This document shows positions 38,138 through 47,424 of a stretch of DNA of 60,589 nt, one piece after another. The position numbers and the translations under genes are program-made. The notes beneath the pieces are model-generated. The model had not been told where the DNA came from and made no database searches. It was given only the letters and a program-made list of their open reading frames with translations. Source of the DNA: a virus (Duplodnaviria; Caudoviricetes); the IMG/VR virus record IMGVR_UViG_3300033151_000729, positions 1 through 60,589 of that record. One strand, written 5' to 3'. The stretch's first letter is position 1. Each line of letters starts with the position of its first letter.

Positions 38138-38665
38138 ATGAAAAAATCTATAACATTCAAAGGGCGACTTTACGTCAAAACCCCAAGTGATAAAGGGACA
38201 TGCCGCGACTGTGATATATGGGGTGTGCCTGACGAGGACGGAGAGCTTGATTGCTCTGTTGTGTCGATAGGGTGCCATGAGCAAGGCTTTGTGTATCGGG
38301 CAAAATGGCCCCCGAGAACGTACCTTATGCAATGCGGACCAGAGCTCGAAATACTGTATTATGTCGATCACTTTAAGGGGATGAGATACGTCCATGACTG
38401 GAGCGATTTACGGAAAGCTGAGGCTAGGGGAGTGATGCAGGCGGCGTTTGCTGCGTGGGGACTGGCCAAGAGGGCAAGGAGAGTGCTTGATAGGGTGTTT
38501 TACGCTGCGCCGGAGGAGGGGTGCGGAGGTTGCGAGGGGTGCGCCCTGAACGAGGAAGGAATGGAGGTATATTGCGCAGCTGCGGAAGGGTGCCTGTCGG
38601 ATGCGGTTGATGGGGTTATTTTTAAGGGGGAATACCCGGGTGACAATGATGCCGGTTGCACCTGA
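38138..38665 (+). CDS. Cys-rich hypothetical protein
   Basis: CRDC and CGGCEGC clusters. Confidence 0.55.
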   Translation: MKKSITFKGRLYVKTPSDKGTCRDCDIWGVPDEDGELDCSVVSIGCHEQGFVYRAKWPPRTYLMQCGPELEILYYVDHFKGMRYVHDWSDLRKAEARGVMQAAFAAWGLAKRARRVLDRVFYAAPEEGCGGCEGCALNEEGMEVYCAAAEGCLSDAVDGVIFKGEYPGDNDAGCT

Positions 38666-38713
38666 TGGATCCAAGACTTGCGATGGTTGGCAAATTTACA
38701 AGCTGGAGGCATT

Positions 38714-38896
38714 ATGAGTAAAAAAGCATATTACATAAGTCCAGTAATTGATGAGCTTCACTCCAATTTGTCCGACGAGTCACTGCGGCGGATCGGGTTT
38801 CCGGTTGGGCGGCGGGTTGCTATCCCTGTGCGGCGTGTTAAGGTTGAGAAAAAAGGGAAGGTCAAGGGAATTAAACAGCTTACTCTGTGGGGCTGA
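38714..38896 (+). CDS. Small basic protein
   Basis: GGAGG RBS; ends QLTLW. Confidence 0.5.
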   Translation: MSKKAYYISPVIDELHSNLSDESLRRIGFPVGRRVAIPVRRVKVEKKGKVKGIKQLTLWG

Positions 38897-38902
38897 ATGG
38901 CC

Positions 38903-38931
38903 TTGACAAACCAGAGCGAATCAAATAACAT
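38903..38931 (+). promoter_or_regulatory. Sigma70 promoter of the small-RNA locus
   Basis: TTGACA-17-TAACAT. Confidence 0.65.
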
Positions 38932-39008
38932 AGATAGGCGTGAGGGGGGAGCTGTTGATAGTCTTGGTTGGTCATCTTGATGTTCTCGGCAGCTGTCCCC
39001 TGAAGCAG

Positions 39009-39078
39009 GAGAGTGTAGCTCAAATGGATAGAGCGGCCATGCGGATGGTGCGTGCAGGTTCGAGTCCTGCTGCTCTTT
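39009..39078 (+). tRNA. tRNA-like RNA (tRNA-Arg-derived) with non-canonical anticodon arm
   Basis: 7-bp acceptor GAGAGTG/TGCTCTT, TA, D arm GCTC-AAATGGATA-GAGC, GCCAT-GCGG-ATGGT, T arm GCAGG-TTCGAGT-CCTGC; no encoded CCA. Confidence 0.75.
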
Positions 39079-39085
39079 GTTTTGA

Positions 39086-39114
39086 TTGACTTTCCGGCTT
39101 GTGGTGGTTATGGT
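39086..39114 (+). promoter_or_regulatory. Sigma70 promoter of the kilA-N leader
   Basis: TTGACT-17-TATGGT. Confidence 0.65.
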
Positions 39115-39135
39115 CTGTTCATCCTGCTTGATGGC

Positions 39136-39267
39136 GGGAGCGGTTTTCATAGGCCGGGAAAAGTACAAAAGCAGTTTTGATTAAAGGGTTTTATCGCTTA
39201 TCTGTTCGGGGTTTAGTACGCCTCACTTTGAAGTTCAGATTGCGGTAAAACCCTTTTTTTATTGGAG
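39136..39267 (+). ncRNA. c4-like antisense/attenuator leader of the KilA-N gene
   Basis: Homologous to 17325-17456 (minus strand). Confidence 0.65.
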
Positions 39268-39276
39268 TTTTACGAA

Positions 39277-39951
39277 ATGAGCAAGAAGTACGAAGTAGCC
39301 ACCATTAATGATACTAAGATTACGATTGATATATCATTACTGGCAAGCGACAAGCTGTTCTTCAATGCTACTGAGATTGCGAAGCAGTTTAATAGGCGGC
39401 CAGCCGATTTTTGGAAGCAAGAACAAAACCGTGAATATCTGTCAATTCTCGTTACCCTCTCAGAGGGTAACGAGGAAGACTTTGTTTTTACAAAGAAAGG
39501 TGGAAAATATCAGGGTACGTGGCTCCATAAAGATCTGGCTATTCAGTTCTCAAGATGGTTGAGCCCTGAGCTAGCGATACGTCTTGACAGGTGGACAGTA
39601 GAACGACTCGCCCAAGAGCGAAGCTATAAAAAAGAACGCTTAGAAGCAAAAACCGGGTACCTGCCCATGTCTAATGCTGTTCTTCGTGCTCATGACAGTG
39701 TCAAATTCTACCATTTCAGCAATGAAGCAAACATGATTAACCATATCATGTTCGGGATGTCTGCTTCTAAATTTCGAGAAAAGCACGAGGTGCCGAACGT
39801 TAGGGATGCCCTTGACGCTGCTCAATTGAAAGAGATAGCCCGGCTCCAGATGATCAACACCGGCTTGATTGAGGTGGGTATGGAGTACGAGGAGCGTAAA
39901 ACGAAGCTGACTATTTGTCACGCTGAGGGGTTGAAGAGGCTGGAGAGGTGA
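39277..39951 (+). CDS. KilA-N domain protein
   Basis: FFNATEIAKQF..GGKYQGTWLHKDLAIQFSRWLSPE; GGAG before ATG 39277. Confidence 0.9.
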   Translation: MSKKYEVATINDTKITIDISLLASDKLFFNATEIAKQFNRRPADFWKQEQNREYLSILVTLSEGNEEDFVFTKKGGKYQGTWLHKDLAIQFSRWLSPELAIRLDRWTVERLAQERSYKKERLEAKTGYLPMSNAVLRAHDSVKFYHFSNEANMINHIMFGMSASKFREKHEVPNVRDALDAAQLKEIARLQMINTGLIEVGMEYEERKTKLTICHAEGLKRLER

Positions 39952-39955
39952 CTCA

Positions 39956-40147
39956 ATGCAAAAAATGACCCCAAAGGATAAAGCAGCAGTCTTCATGTTG
40001 GCCCGAAAGTTACTCCGGGTAGGGAGCACTAAGCGTGCTGCGCTCCATCTGAAGCGTTCGAGGATCTTTGCTGACACGCTTCCACGGGCTTCTATTGTGG
40101 CTCTTTCGACTTCTGTATTTCACAGGGAGCAGAATACATTGCAATAA
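39956..40147 (+). CDS. Small basic protein
   Basis: GAGGTG RBS; followed by two hairpins at 40150-40228. Confidence 0.5.
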   Translation: MQKMTPKDKAAVFMLARKLLRVGSTKRAALHLKRSRIFADTLPRASIVALSTSVFHREQNTLQ

Positions 40148-40421
40148 AAAAGGCCCTGGGGTATTATCCCAGGGCCTTACCAGAACGGCTATAGCCCCTG
40201 AATCCGTTGTGGATCAGGGGTTTTTTTATTCCTTCCATGACTGTTGTTATGAGTTAAACAGCCTCTCGAGAGCTGACCTGTTTGCCTTGCTGGTAATATC
40301 CTCTCTTGCTCTCAGCCCCGAAAGACTGTATGTTGATTTTACCCTCTCCTCAAACTTTAAGTATCATCCGGAGAGGCTTTTCCCTTGGTTGCCGCCCGGC
40401 TATTGATACGCCGAGCGGTTC

Positions 40422-40858
40422 TTAAGGTGTTGATTCCAGTATAGCGCCTAAGTAACAAATCCATCCACAAAGCCCAACCCATCCAGCCAATAAAAATCTT
40501 CCTGTTTTCATTTTCCCTCTCTGTTTAGTATGTGATAAAGTTCACAAGAATGAGCAATCCTGTTGCCCATCTTCGCAACTCTTCAGCTGTCACCTTTACG
40601 GGGTCACAGCTGAAATTCTTCCGACAAAAGATTCTGAACGGCCTTTTATCGGGGTTTCTGAATCGGTTCATGCTCTCCTCCTCTCTATCGTTGCCGGAAG
40701 GTACGATCTTCCCACCAATAACGGCCTTCCCCGGATAAGAGCCGACCGCCGAAGGCTCTTTGTTTTACAAAATCCGTGTTAGGTAGTGAGGCCCGCTTAT
40801 TAATCAGGGTTTTATTAAACGCCCTGGTATTATTCCTTGGTGCTTTGATTGCTTTCAT
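40422..40858 (-). CDS. Three micro-ORFs below the track threshold (40685-40858, 40525-40671, 40422-40511)
   Basis: Each has a purine-rich RBS and ATG; downstream of the promoter in repeat 40960-41020. Confidence 0.45.
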
Positions 40859-40959
40859 GGATCCCTCTCCGGATTGTAGGTGTATATTATTTTTTGACAG
40901 TCGTTAAAACAGAACTCTCTAATAATTACTGATTTCAACGAGATACCGTAAACTCCATA

Positions 40960-41020
40960 ATACCACACTCAACAAATTTGACAACCTATTTTATACTCTT
41001 TTATTAAAATAAATTGAGTG
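40960..41020. repeat. ~60-bp direct repeat (copy 2 at 41706-41766) containing a leftward promoter
   Basis: 38-bp exact core; minus-strand TTGTCA-16-TATTAT/TATAAC with TGn. Confidence 0.85.
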
Positions 41021-41033
41021 TGCTGCTAAGTAC

Positions 41034-41474
41034 CTATAATTCTATCATTCTTTTTGTACCCTGGAATGTCAGGATGGCAAAAGACATGTTCTCCGCTGCC
41101 AAAATCTGTGAGATTTTACCGGACACTCCAGCTGACGAGCCGGGGAATAGGCTCACGTTGCGTACCTGATTGCTAATCAGGTTGGTGAGCGGGTAAGGCT
41201 GGTCGATTTCCACCAACTCATGCAGGATCTTTTCTACAGCCACAGCCAAAGCGCACAGCTCTAGCCGTTCGGCCTCTGGTAGGCCGTGGAGGCTGTTAAA
41301 TGCCCACTGTGCAGAGGCTGGTAATAGGTCGATCAGCTTGCAAAGTTTTGCTGCTTTGGCCCCGTTTAGTTGGGTCTTGTTTAGCTTGCGCAGGGACTCT
41401 GCTGCCCCACTAAGGATCATTTCGGTTATGATTTTCAGTTGTCGGTCGGTTAGGTTTTTTTTGTTTGGTAGCAT
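41034..41474 (-). CDS. Hypothetical helical protein
   Basis: GGAGAG RBS; lies between the two repeats. Confidence 0.6.
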   Translation of the reverse strand: MLPNKKNLTDRQLKIITEMILSGAAESLRKLNKTQLNGAKAAKLCKLIDLLPASAQWAFNSLHGLPEAERLELCALAVAVEKILHELVEIDQPYPLTNLISNQVRNVSLFPGSSAGVSGKISQILAAENMSFAILTFQGTKRMIEL

Positions 41475-41794
41475 GGTGGTTTCTCTCCGGTTTCGCTTTT
41501 TATTGGGGGTTAATCAATCCTTCCAATGTCCATCAAGTCGTCCCAGTAGTAATAACAAATACGATGGGTGGCTTCTTCGGCACTTACCTTGTCTACTGTA
41601 GCAAGCAAGTGTAACTCCCATACTCAGCAGCTCTGTTGGTATTTTCTTCGCTCATAATATTTCTCGGTTTAAGTCAGTCTCTATCGTTTGCCTTCAGGTG
41701 TAGTTATACCACACTCAACAAATTTGACAACCTATTTTATACTGTTTTGTTAAAATAGTTTGAGTGGTGTAAAATTGCTCTAGTCGTAAAATAT

Positions 41795-41874
41795 TTGACA
41801 CGGGAAAGAAAGTTAGGTACAACGAAAGAAAGTTGCAGCGGTTTAAACAAAGTTTCATCAACCTGAAGAAAGTT
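41795..41874 (+). promoter_or_regulatory. terS promoter overlapped by four 20-bp-phased AA(G/C)AAAGTT boxes
   Basis: TTGACA-17-TACAAC; boxes at 41806, 41826, 41846 and 41866. Confidence 0.65.
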
Positions 41875-41895
41875 AGTTATGGCTAAGAAAACCCC

Positions 41896-42513
41896 ATGGT
41901 GAAAGGAACCAAAAAAAACAGTTTTGATTGGGACGCGATAGAAAAATACTATTGCCTAGATTGGACTCTTTCGGCCCTGTCTGATAAGTTTGGCCCAGGC
42001 AGAGCAACCATAAGCAAGAGGGCTAAAAGAAAGGGCTGGGTAAAAGACAAAACTGCTGAGATTAATACAAAAACCAAGGCCGCATTAGTCAATGGCAACA
42101 GCAATGGCAACAGCAATGGCAACACCCCAACGCCAGAAGATATTGAAGTTCAGGTTGCAACGAATGTATCAATTATCCTTGGCCACCAGAAGCGGATTGA
42201 AACCGGCTGGGAGATAGTGAAAAAGCTTGAAGCACAGCTGCTCGAAGTCGTGGACGGTAAGGAAGAGCTTGAGGAATCTATCAAGGGTGACCAAAAAGGC
42301 GGCTCTAAGCAGTGTGCTAAGATGTTGCGAGCAATTGCCTTGCCTGGGAACATTAAGGCCCTAAAAGAGATGACAGACATCTATAAGACGCTGATACCTC
42401 TTGAGCGTCAAGCCACAGGCATAGATCAGTTGCCCCCGCCAGACAGCCAAGCGGATTCCCTGCTTGAAACCCTAATGCAGAACTGCGACCAGGGCGGATT
42501 ACCCAAGCGATGA
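41896..42513 (+). CDS. terS: Terminase small subunit
   Basis: N-terminal HTH DWDAIEKYY..ATISKRAKRKGW; directly upstream of TerL. Confidence 0.75.
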   Translation: MVKGTKKNSFDWDAIEKYYCLDWTLSALSDKFGPGRATISKRAKRKGWVKDKTAEINTKTKAALVNGNSNGNSNGNTPTPEDIEVQVATNVSIILGHQKRIETGWEIVKKLEAQLLEVVDGKEELEESIKGDQKGGSKQCAKMLRAIALPGNIKALKEMTDIYKTLIPLERQATGIDQLPPPDSQADSLLETLMQNCDQGGLPKR

Positions 42514-44111
42514 ATCAAGCCGAATACAACGAGCTCTTGCCGCTGCTCTCCGACATTGAATGGAGACTTGATAATCTTTATTATATCAAGGATAAGCATG
42601 GTAAGATTGTAAAATTCGTCCGCAACGAATCACAGCTTGAGCTCTGGAATAATCGGCACACCCTGAGCATCATCCTTAAGGATAGGCAGAGAGGGTTTTC
42701 AACATTTATCGCCATCCTAATTCTTGACACCTGCATATTCAACAGCAATCAAGAGTGTGGAATTATTGATATTACCTTGCCTGATGGTAAGAAAAAGATA
42801 GCAAAGATTAAGCTTGGTTATGACCGATTACCCGAACAAATCAAGGAAGAACGTAAGCTTATCACAGATAACAAAGAAACCCTTGAGTGGTCTAACGGAT
42901 CAACTGTTTATACTGGCACCTCTCACCGTGGCGGAACGCTGCAAATACTCCACATTTCTGAGCTTGGTAAAATATCTGCACGCAACCCTGAAAAGGCCCG
43001 TGAGATCCGCACAGGAGCAATGAACACCCTGGCCCCTGGTCGTTTTATTTTTATTGAATCAACCGCTGAAGGCAAAGCTGGGGAATTTTACGAAAACTGC
43101 CAGACAGCCATTAAGTTAAAAGAAGAAGGGGCCTTTCTTACTGACCTTGATTTCAAGTTCTTCTTTTTCGGCTGGTGGATGGACGGCAACGAGAATGAAC
43201 TAGATCCTGAACATGTCACGGTACCGGCAAAGCTCACCAAGTACTTTGATAAGCTGGAAGACTCTCTTGGTATCACGATTAACGCACGGAAACGGGCATG
43301 GTACACGAAAAAATCAGCTCAACAGAAAGGGGACATGTTCCGAGAGTTTCCGGCCACACAAGAAGAAGCTTTTGACGCGTCAATCGAAGGGGCTTACTTG
43401 TCGAGCATACTCCTGAAGATGCGTAACAATAACCAGATAGGTTTGTTTTTGCATGATCCTGAACACCCGGTCAATTCTGCCTGGGACTTTGGCGTTTCCG
43501 CATCTGGACTCATGGCCATTTGGTTTCATCAGTATGTTGCCTTGCAACATCGGCTGATAGGCTATGTTTCTGGTTACGATTTAGATATTGATTATTATTG
43601 GAGGCAAATGCAGGCTTTGCCTTACACCTGGGGCAATCATTTTATGCCCCATGATGCTAAAAACAAGCGTATAGGTACCGCTCTGCCAGGGAGACCTGAG
43701 CCTAGAACGCTGGAAGATATAGCCAAGGCCCAAGGGATGAGAAATATTCAAACCGTTCCCAGGGTCGCCCATAAAGGCACCGCAATTACCGAGGCAAAGC
43801 TACTCCTGCCGCAATGTTTTATCTCTACTGTCTGTGATGTACAACCGGGTTGGAGTACCGAGAAAAAGGATAAGTACCATGGTGGTATCCAGTGTCTAAA
43901 AAACTTCAGACGCAAATGGAACGAGGATTTAGGGTGCTACGATAACCGCCCAACAGAAAACTGGGCTATGCATGGTTATGATGCTTTCGAGACGCTGGCA
44001 CGGGGAATTAACGAATTTGGCCTGAGACGGCTGGCTCCAGTGCAGAAGGAATCTTGGCGGGATAAGCTAAAGAACAGGGGCGGCTCATCTAACGGGTACA
44101 TGGCGGCATGA
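42510..44111 (+). CDS. terL: Terminase large subunit
   Basis: WRLDNLYYI, LKDRQRGFST, LHISELGK, ESTAEG, AWDFG, HGYDAF. Confidence 0.95.
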   Translation: MNQAEYNELLPLLSDIEWRLDNLYYIKDKHGKIVKFVRNESQLELWNNRHTLSIILKDRQRGFSTFIAILILDTCIFNSNQECGIIDITLPDGKKKIAKIKLGYDRLPEQIKEERKLITDNKETLEWSNGSTVYTGTSHRGGTLQILHISELGKISARNPEKAREIRTGAMNTLAPGRFIFIESTAEGKAGEFYENCQTAIKLKEEGAFLTDLDFKFFFFGWWMDGNENELDPEHVTVPAKLTKYFDKLEDSLGITINARKRAWYTKKSAQQKGDMFREFPATQEEAFDASIEGAYLSSILLKMRNNNQIGLFLHDPEHPVNSAWDFGVSASGLMAIWFHQYVALQHRLIGYVSGYDLDIDYYWRQMQALPYTWGNHFMPHDAKNKRIGTALPGRPEPRTLEDIAKAQGMRNIQTVPRVAHKGTAITEAKLLLPQCFISTVCDVQPGWSTEKKDKYHGGIQCLKNFRRKWNEDLGCYDNRPTENWAMHGYDAFETLARGINEFGLRRLAPVQKESWRDKLKNRGGSSNGYMAA

Positions 44112-46234
44112 AAGACGATAATAAAACTATCCAAAATAACTGGCAACGGTACCAATACGCAAAGGACAGAGGCCACGAAGCTTATATTATCGAGGCCAGG
44201 AAGAATGAGGATATGTATCTTGGCGGTGGGCTCCAGTGGGACAAGCAGGTAAAAGCTGAACTCAATATGTCCGGTCGACCAGTGGTAGAAAAGAATTATA
44301 TCTGGCCAGTTATTAATACCGCTGATGGGCTCCAAATCCAGAGCCGGGTGCAGATGTCTTTCAAGCCCCGCCGCAATGGGGCGAATGATGAAACCGCCGA
44401 AGTCCTTAGCAAGCTTGTTAGGCAGATCTGTGACGATACAATGTACTCCTGGCAGGAGTCTACGGTCTATCAGGACGGATTAATCCAGCAAAGAGGTTTT
44501 TTTGAATTTCGGATGGACTTTGACACGAATCTGTCAGGGGATATTAAATTAAGAACCCTTGATCCGCTGGATGTGATTCCAGACCCAGACGCAAATAGCT
44601 ATGACCCCGAAGATTGGCAAGACGTTGTCATTGTTAAGTGGTTAACGATAGATGATATTTCTCAGTTGTATGGGCAGAAAAAAGCTGATGAAGTTGAAAA
44701 CGTTGTCCAGGGGGCCGTATCCGATCCCGAAGATGATTACAGCCATCGGTCAAGGTTTGGGAGCGAAGACACTACTTCCTACCTTGAAAGTTATACCGAA
44801 GAATCAGGCATTAAGCGGGTGTTGGTAATTGATCGCCAGAGCCGTAGGCTTGAGAGGCAAAAGGTGCTTGTGTATCCCCTTGGTGATGTGGTTCAGGCCG
44901 AGTCGATGACAGACGAGGCTATCCAGGGGGCAGTTGCTGAAGGGGCGTTTGTAACAAAACGCATGGCTAAACGAATACGGTGGACGGTATCAACAGCGGA
45001 CGTGTTGCTACACGATGACTGGAGCCCTTACAGATCTTATACAGTGGTACCGTTTTTCCCTTATTTCCGCAGGGGGCGTACCCGTGGCATGGTAGATAAC
45101 CTGCGTTCGCCACAGGAGATGAACAATAAGCTCGAGAGCCAGATTATCCATATCCTTAACACCACAGCAAATAGCGGATGGTTAATCCCCACGGGAAGCT
45201 TGGTAAACATGGCTCCAGGCGACATGCAGAACATAGGCGCAAAGACAGGTCTTTGCGTGGAATATGATCCCAAGGTAGGCAAGCCCGAAAAGATAAACGC
45301 CAACCAACTACCAACAGGGCTTGACAGGCTTGTTGAACGATCAGAACACAGCATTAAACAGATTTCCGGTATAACTGATGCCGTACAGGGCCAGGAGTCG
45401 GCAGAGGTCTCTGGAAAGGCCCGGCACGCTGCTCAGTATGCTGGGCAGACTCAGCTCGCACGGCCTATAGATAATCTTGCAAGAACCCGGCATTTTGCTG
45501 CAAGGAAATACCTAGAGCTTATTCAAGATTTTTACACCGAAGAGCGGGTCTTTATGATATCTGGGGACGAGATCAATGGTACCGAGTACAACGAGTTAAC
45601 CGTCAATCAGTCAATGATAGGCGGCGAAGTGCTCAACGATTTAACACTCGGTGAATACGATGTTGTCATTACCGACCAGTCGTCTAGTGCCACCTTTATG
45701 GACTCGCAGTACCAGCAAGCTATGGAGATGCGTAAAGAAGGTGTAATTATACCTGACGAGGTAGTCATAGAGGTATCCTCACTCAGTAAGAAGCAAGAGG
45801 TTAAGGAAGCTATTGCCAATCAGGTTCAGCAACCTGACCCGGAAGCGGAAGCGAGAGCCGGAGAGATAGAGTCTAAGGCAGAGCTAAATCGGGCGAAAGC
45901 AGATGAGAGTGCTTCCAAGGCTGGGTTAAACCGAGCTGATACGGTGGGCACAAATATTAAAACTCAATTTTCCGCCGTACAGTCAGCAGGTGCGATTGTC
46001 CAGCAGCCTGGAATAGCTCCAATAGCGGACACATTGCTTAAAAGCGGGGGTTACATTGACCATGACTTACCGCCTATCGTCCCCACAACAGTCGGTACTG
46101 TTGATCCTGGAACGTTGCCGCCATTACCCGCAAATACAGACCCACTGTCGCCTGCGCCCTTGCCCATGCCAGTTAGTCCGGCGACAGGGCAAGCCCAGGG
46201 GATAGAAACCAAAAGATTTAATGATAATATTTAG
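44108..46234 (+). CDS. Portal protein (P22-like)
   Basis: 708 aa after TerL; GLQW..GRP..N, DPDANSYDPEDW, RGMVDNLRSPQEMNNK, GEYDVVI. Confidence 0.9.
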   Translation: MKDDNKTIQNNWQRYQYAKDRGHEAYIIEARKNEDMYLGGGLQWDKQVKAELNMSGRPVVEKNYIWPVINTADGLQIQSRVQMSFKPRRNGANDETAEVLSKLVRQICDDTMYSWQESTVYQDGLIQQRGFFEFRMDFDTNLSGDIKLRTLDPLDVIPDPDANSYDPEDWQDVVIVKWLTIDDISQLYGQKKADEVENVVQGAVSDPEDDYSHRSRFGSEDTTSYLESYTEESGIKRVLVIDRQSRRLERQKVLVYPLGDVVQAESMTDEAIQGAVAEGAFVTKRMAKRIRWTVSTADVLLHDDWSPYRSYTVVPFFPYFRRGRTRGMVDNLRSPQEMNNKLESQIIHILNTTANSGWLIPTGSLVNMAPGDMQNIGAKTGLCVEYDPKVGKPEKINANQLPTGLDRLVERSEHSIKQISGITDAVQGQESAEVSGKARHAAQYAGQTQLARPIDNLARTRHFAARKYLELIQDFYTEERVFMISGDEINGTEYNELTVNQSMIGGEVLNDLTLGEYDVVITDQSSSATFMDSQYQQAMEMRKEGVIIPDEVVIEVSSLSKKQEVKEAIANQVQQPDPEAEARAGEIESKAELNRAKADESASKAGLNRADTVGTNIKTQFSAVQSAGAIVQQPGIAPIADTLLKSGGYIDHDLPPIVPTTVGTVDPGTLPPLPANTDPLSPAPLPMPVSPATGQAQGIETKRFNDNI

Positions 46235-46242
46235 GAGAAAAA

Positions 46243-47268
46243 ATGTCTGAGGAATTTATTGATGTTGAAGAGACCGAAGAGATTGATATTGAAGATACCG
46301 ACTCTACTGAAGGCGAACAACCCGACAGGGGTGATGAAGTAACCGTTCCAGATGAAGAAACAGAAGGAGTTGACAGTCCCGAGGCTGATGAAGACAGCGC
46401 AGAAGAGGGGGCTAAAAAGGAAGAAGATAGCTCCGAGGAAAGCGAAGAGACCAAGGAAACTCCCGAAGAGCGTAAGGGTGTCCCGTCTTCGAGGGTTAGC
46501 CAGATAAGCAGACAGAAAAGTGCGCTCCAGGATATATCTGATGGGTTGATGAATGACTCCGTGGACAAATCTGTAATTAAAGACCTTGGAGGAGTTAAGG
46601 CGGTTGCACTGGCTATCGCTAAAGGGGAGTTGCAGCTTTCGGAGATATCCGTAGTCAAGTCAGGGTCGAAAGATGTTTCTAGCGATCCTTCTGCTGACGA
46701 TCTGTGGGATAAGTACAATATTGCCTTGGAAAACCTGGACACTAATGAGGCCAAGAAACTGCTGAAAGCCGCAAGGGCTGCGGATAAAAAGGAAACCTCG
46801 GATTTAGTGACCAATGCGGTTACTGATAAAATGAAGGAAGCCGAGACAGCCCGTGATGCAAAATCAGATTACGACAAAGCAAACGAGTTTTTTACCAGCT
46901 TACAAGATGAGCACCCGGATTTAAAAGATGCCGAGTCAGAGACTTACCTTGATTTTATAGCCATGACGAACGGGCTCTCCCAGAGAATGCCTTATAGTGA
47001 GGCAGTGCAGCACGCTGCCAAGAAATTGCTGAAAACTGAATCTCCATCAATTGAGAAAGAGAATAAAACCACGGTAACAACCAACAAAAGAAAGGCCGCT
47101 GCTCTTAAGAAAAACGCAGAGGCGGCGCAACAGCAACCCCCATCTTTAGCGGATAATACCGGCACTAAGCATAACAAAAAGACTTTGAAAGCCACCGCTC
47201 TCACAGAGGACGAGTTCGACAATCTTTCTGATGCAGAAAAGAAAAGAATGCGTGGCGACGAGCTGTAG
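46243..47268 (+). CDS. Scaffolding protein
   Basis: Highly acidic; C-terminal EFDNLSDAEKKRMRGD; between portal and capsid. Confidence 0.8.
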   Translation: MSEEFIDVEETEEIDIEDTDSTEGEQPDRGDEVTVPDEETEGVDSPEADEDSAEEGAKKEEDSSEESEETKETPEERKGVPSSRVSQISRQKSALQDISDGLMNDSVDKSVIKDLGGVKAVALAIAKGELQLSEISVVKSGSKDVSSDPSADDLWDKYNIALENLDTNEAKKLLKAARAADKKETSDLVTNAVTDKMKEAETARDAKSDYDKANEFFTSLQDEHPDLKDAESETYLDFIAMTNGLSQRMPYSEAVQHAAKKLLKTESPSIEKENKTTVTTNKRKAAALKKNAEAAQQQPPSLADNTGTKHNKKTLKATALTEDEFDNLSDAEKKRMRGDEL

Positions 47269-47424
47269 CAGGACAATAAGGGCCGCACTCTCTAACATGC
47301 GAAATCGTTTTTCGGTACGGAACCGAACGTTCTTTGACGTAATCACTGTTATCGCCCACTGGTGCGACAACCGGCATAAAAAGGCTGATAAGCAGTCTTT
47401 GTAAACAATATTAAGGAGCGATAA

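Noticed and set aside
38663-38713. Second possible UGA readthrough (38138..38665 is in frame with 38678..38896)
   Set aside because: The downstream gene has its own GGAGG and ATG at 38714, and no clear hairpin follows the UGA
41806-41874. Mini-CRISPR array
   Set aside because: 9-bp repeats with 11-nt spacers are far too short
42091-42123. AATGGCAACAGC tandem in terS
   Set aside because: Simple in-frame slippage in a linker (NGNS)n
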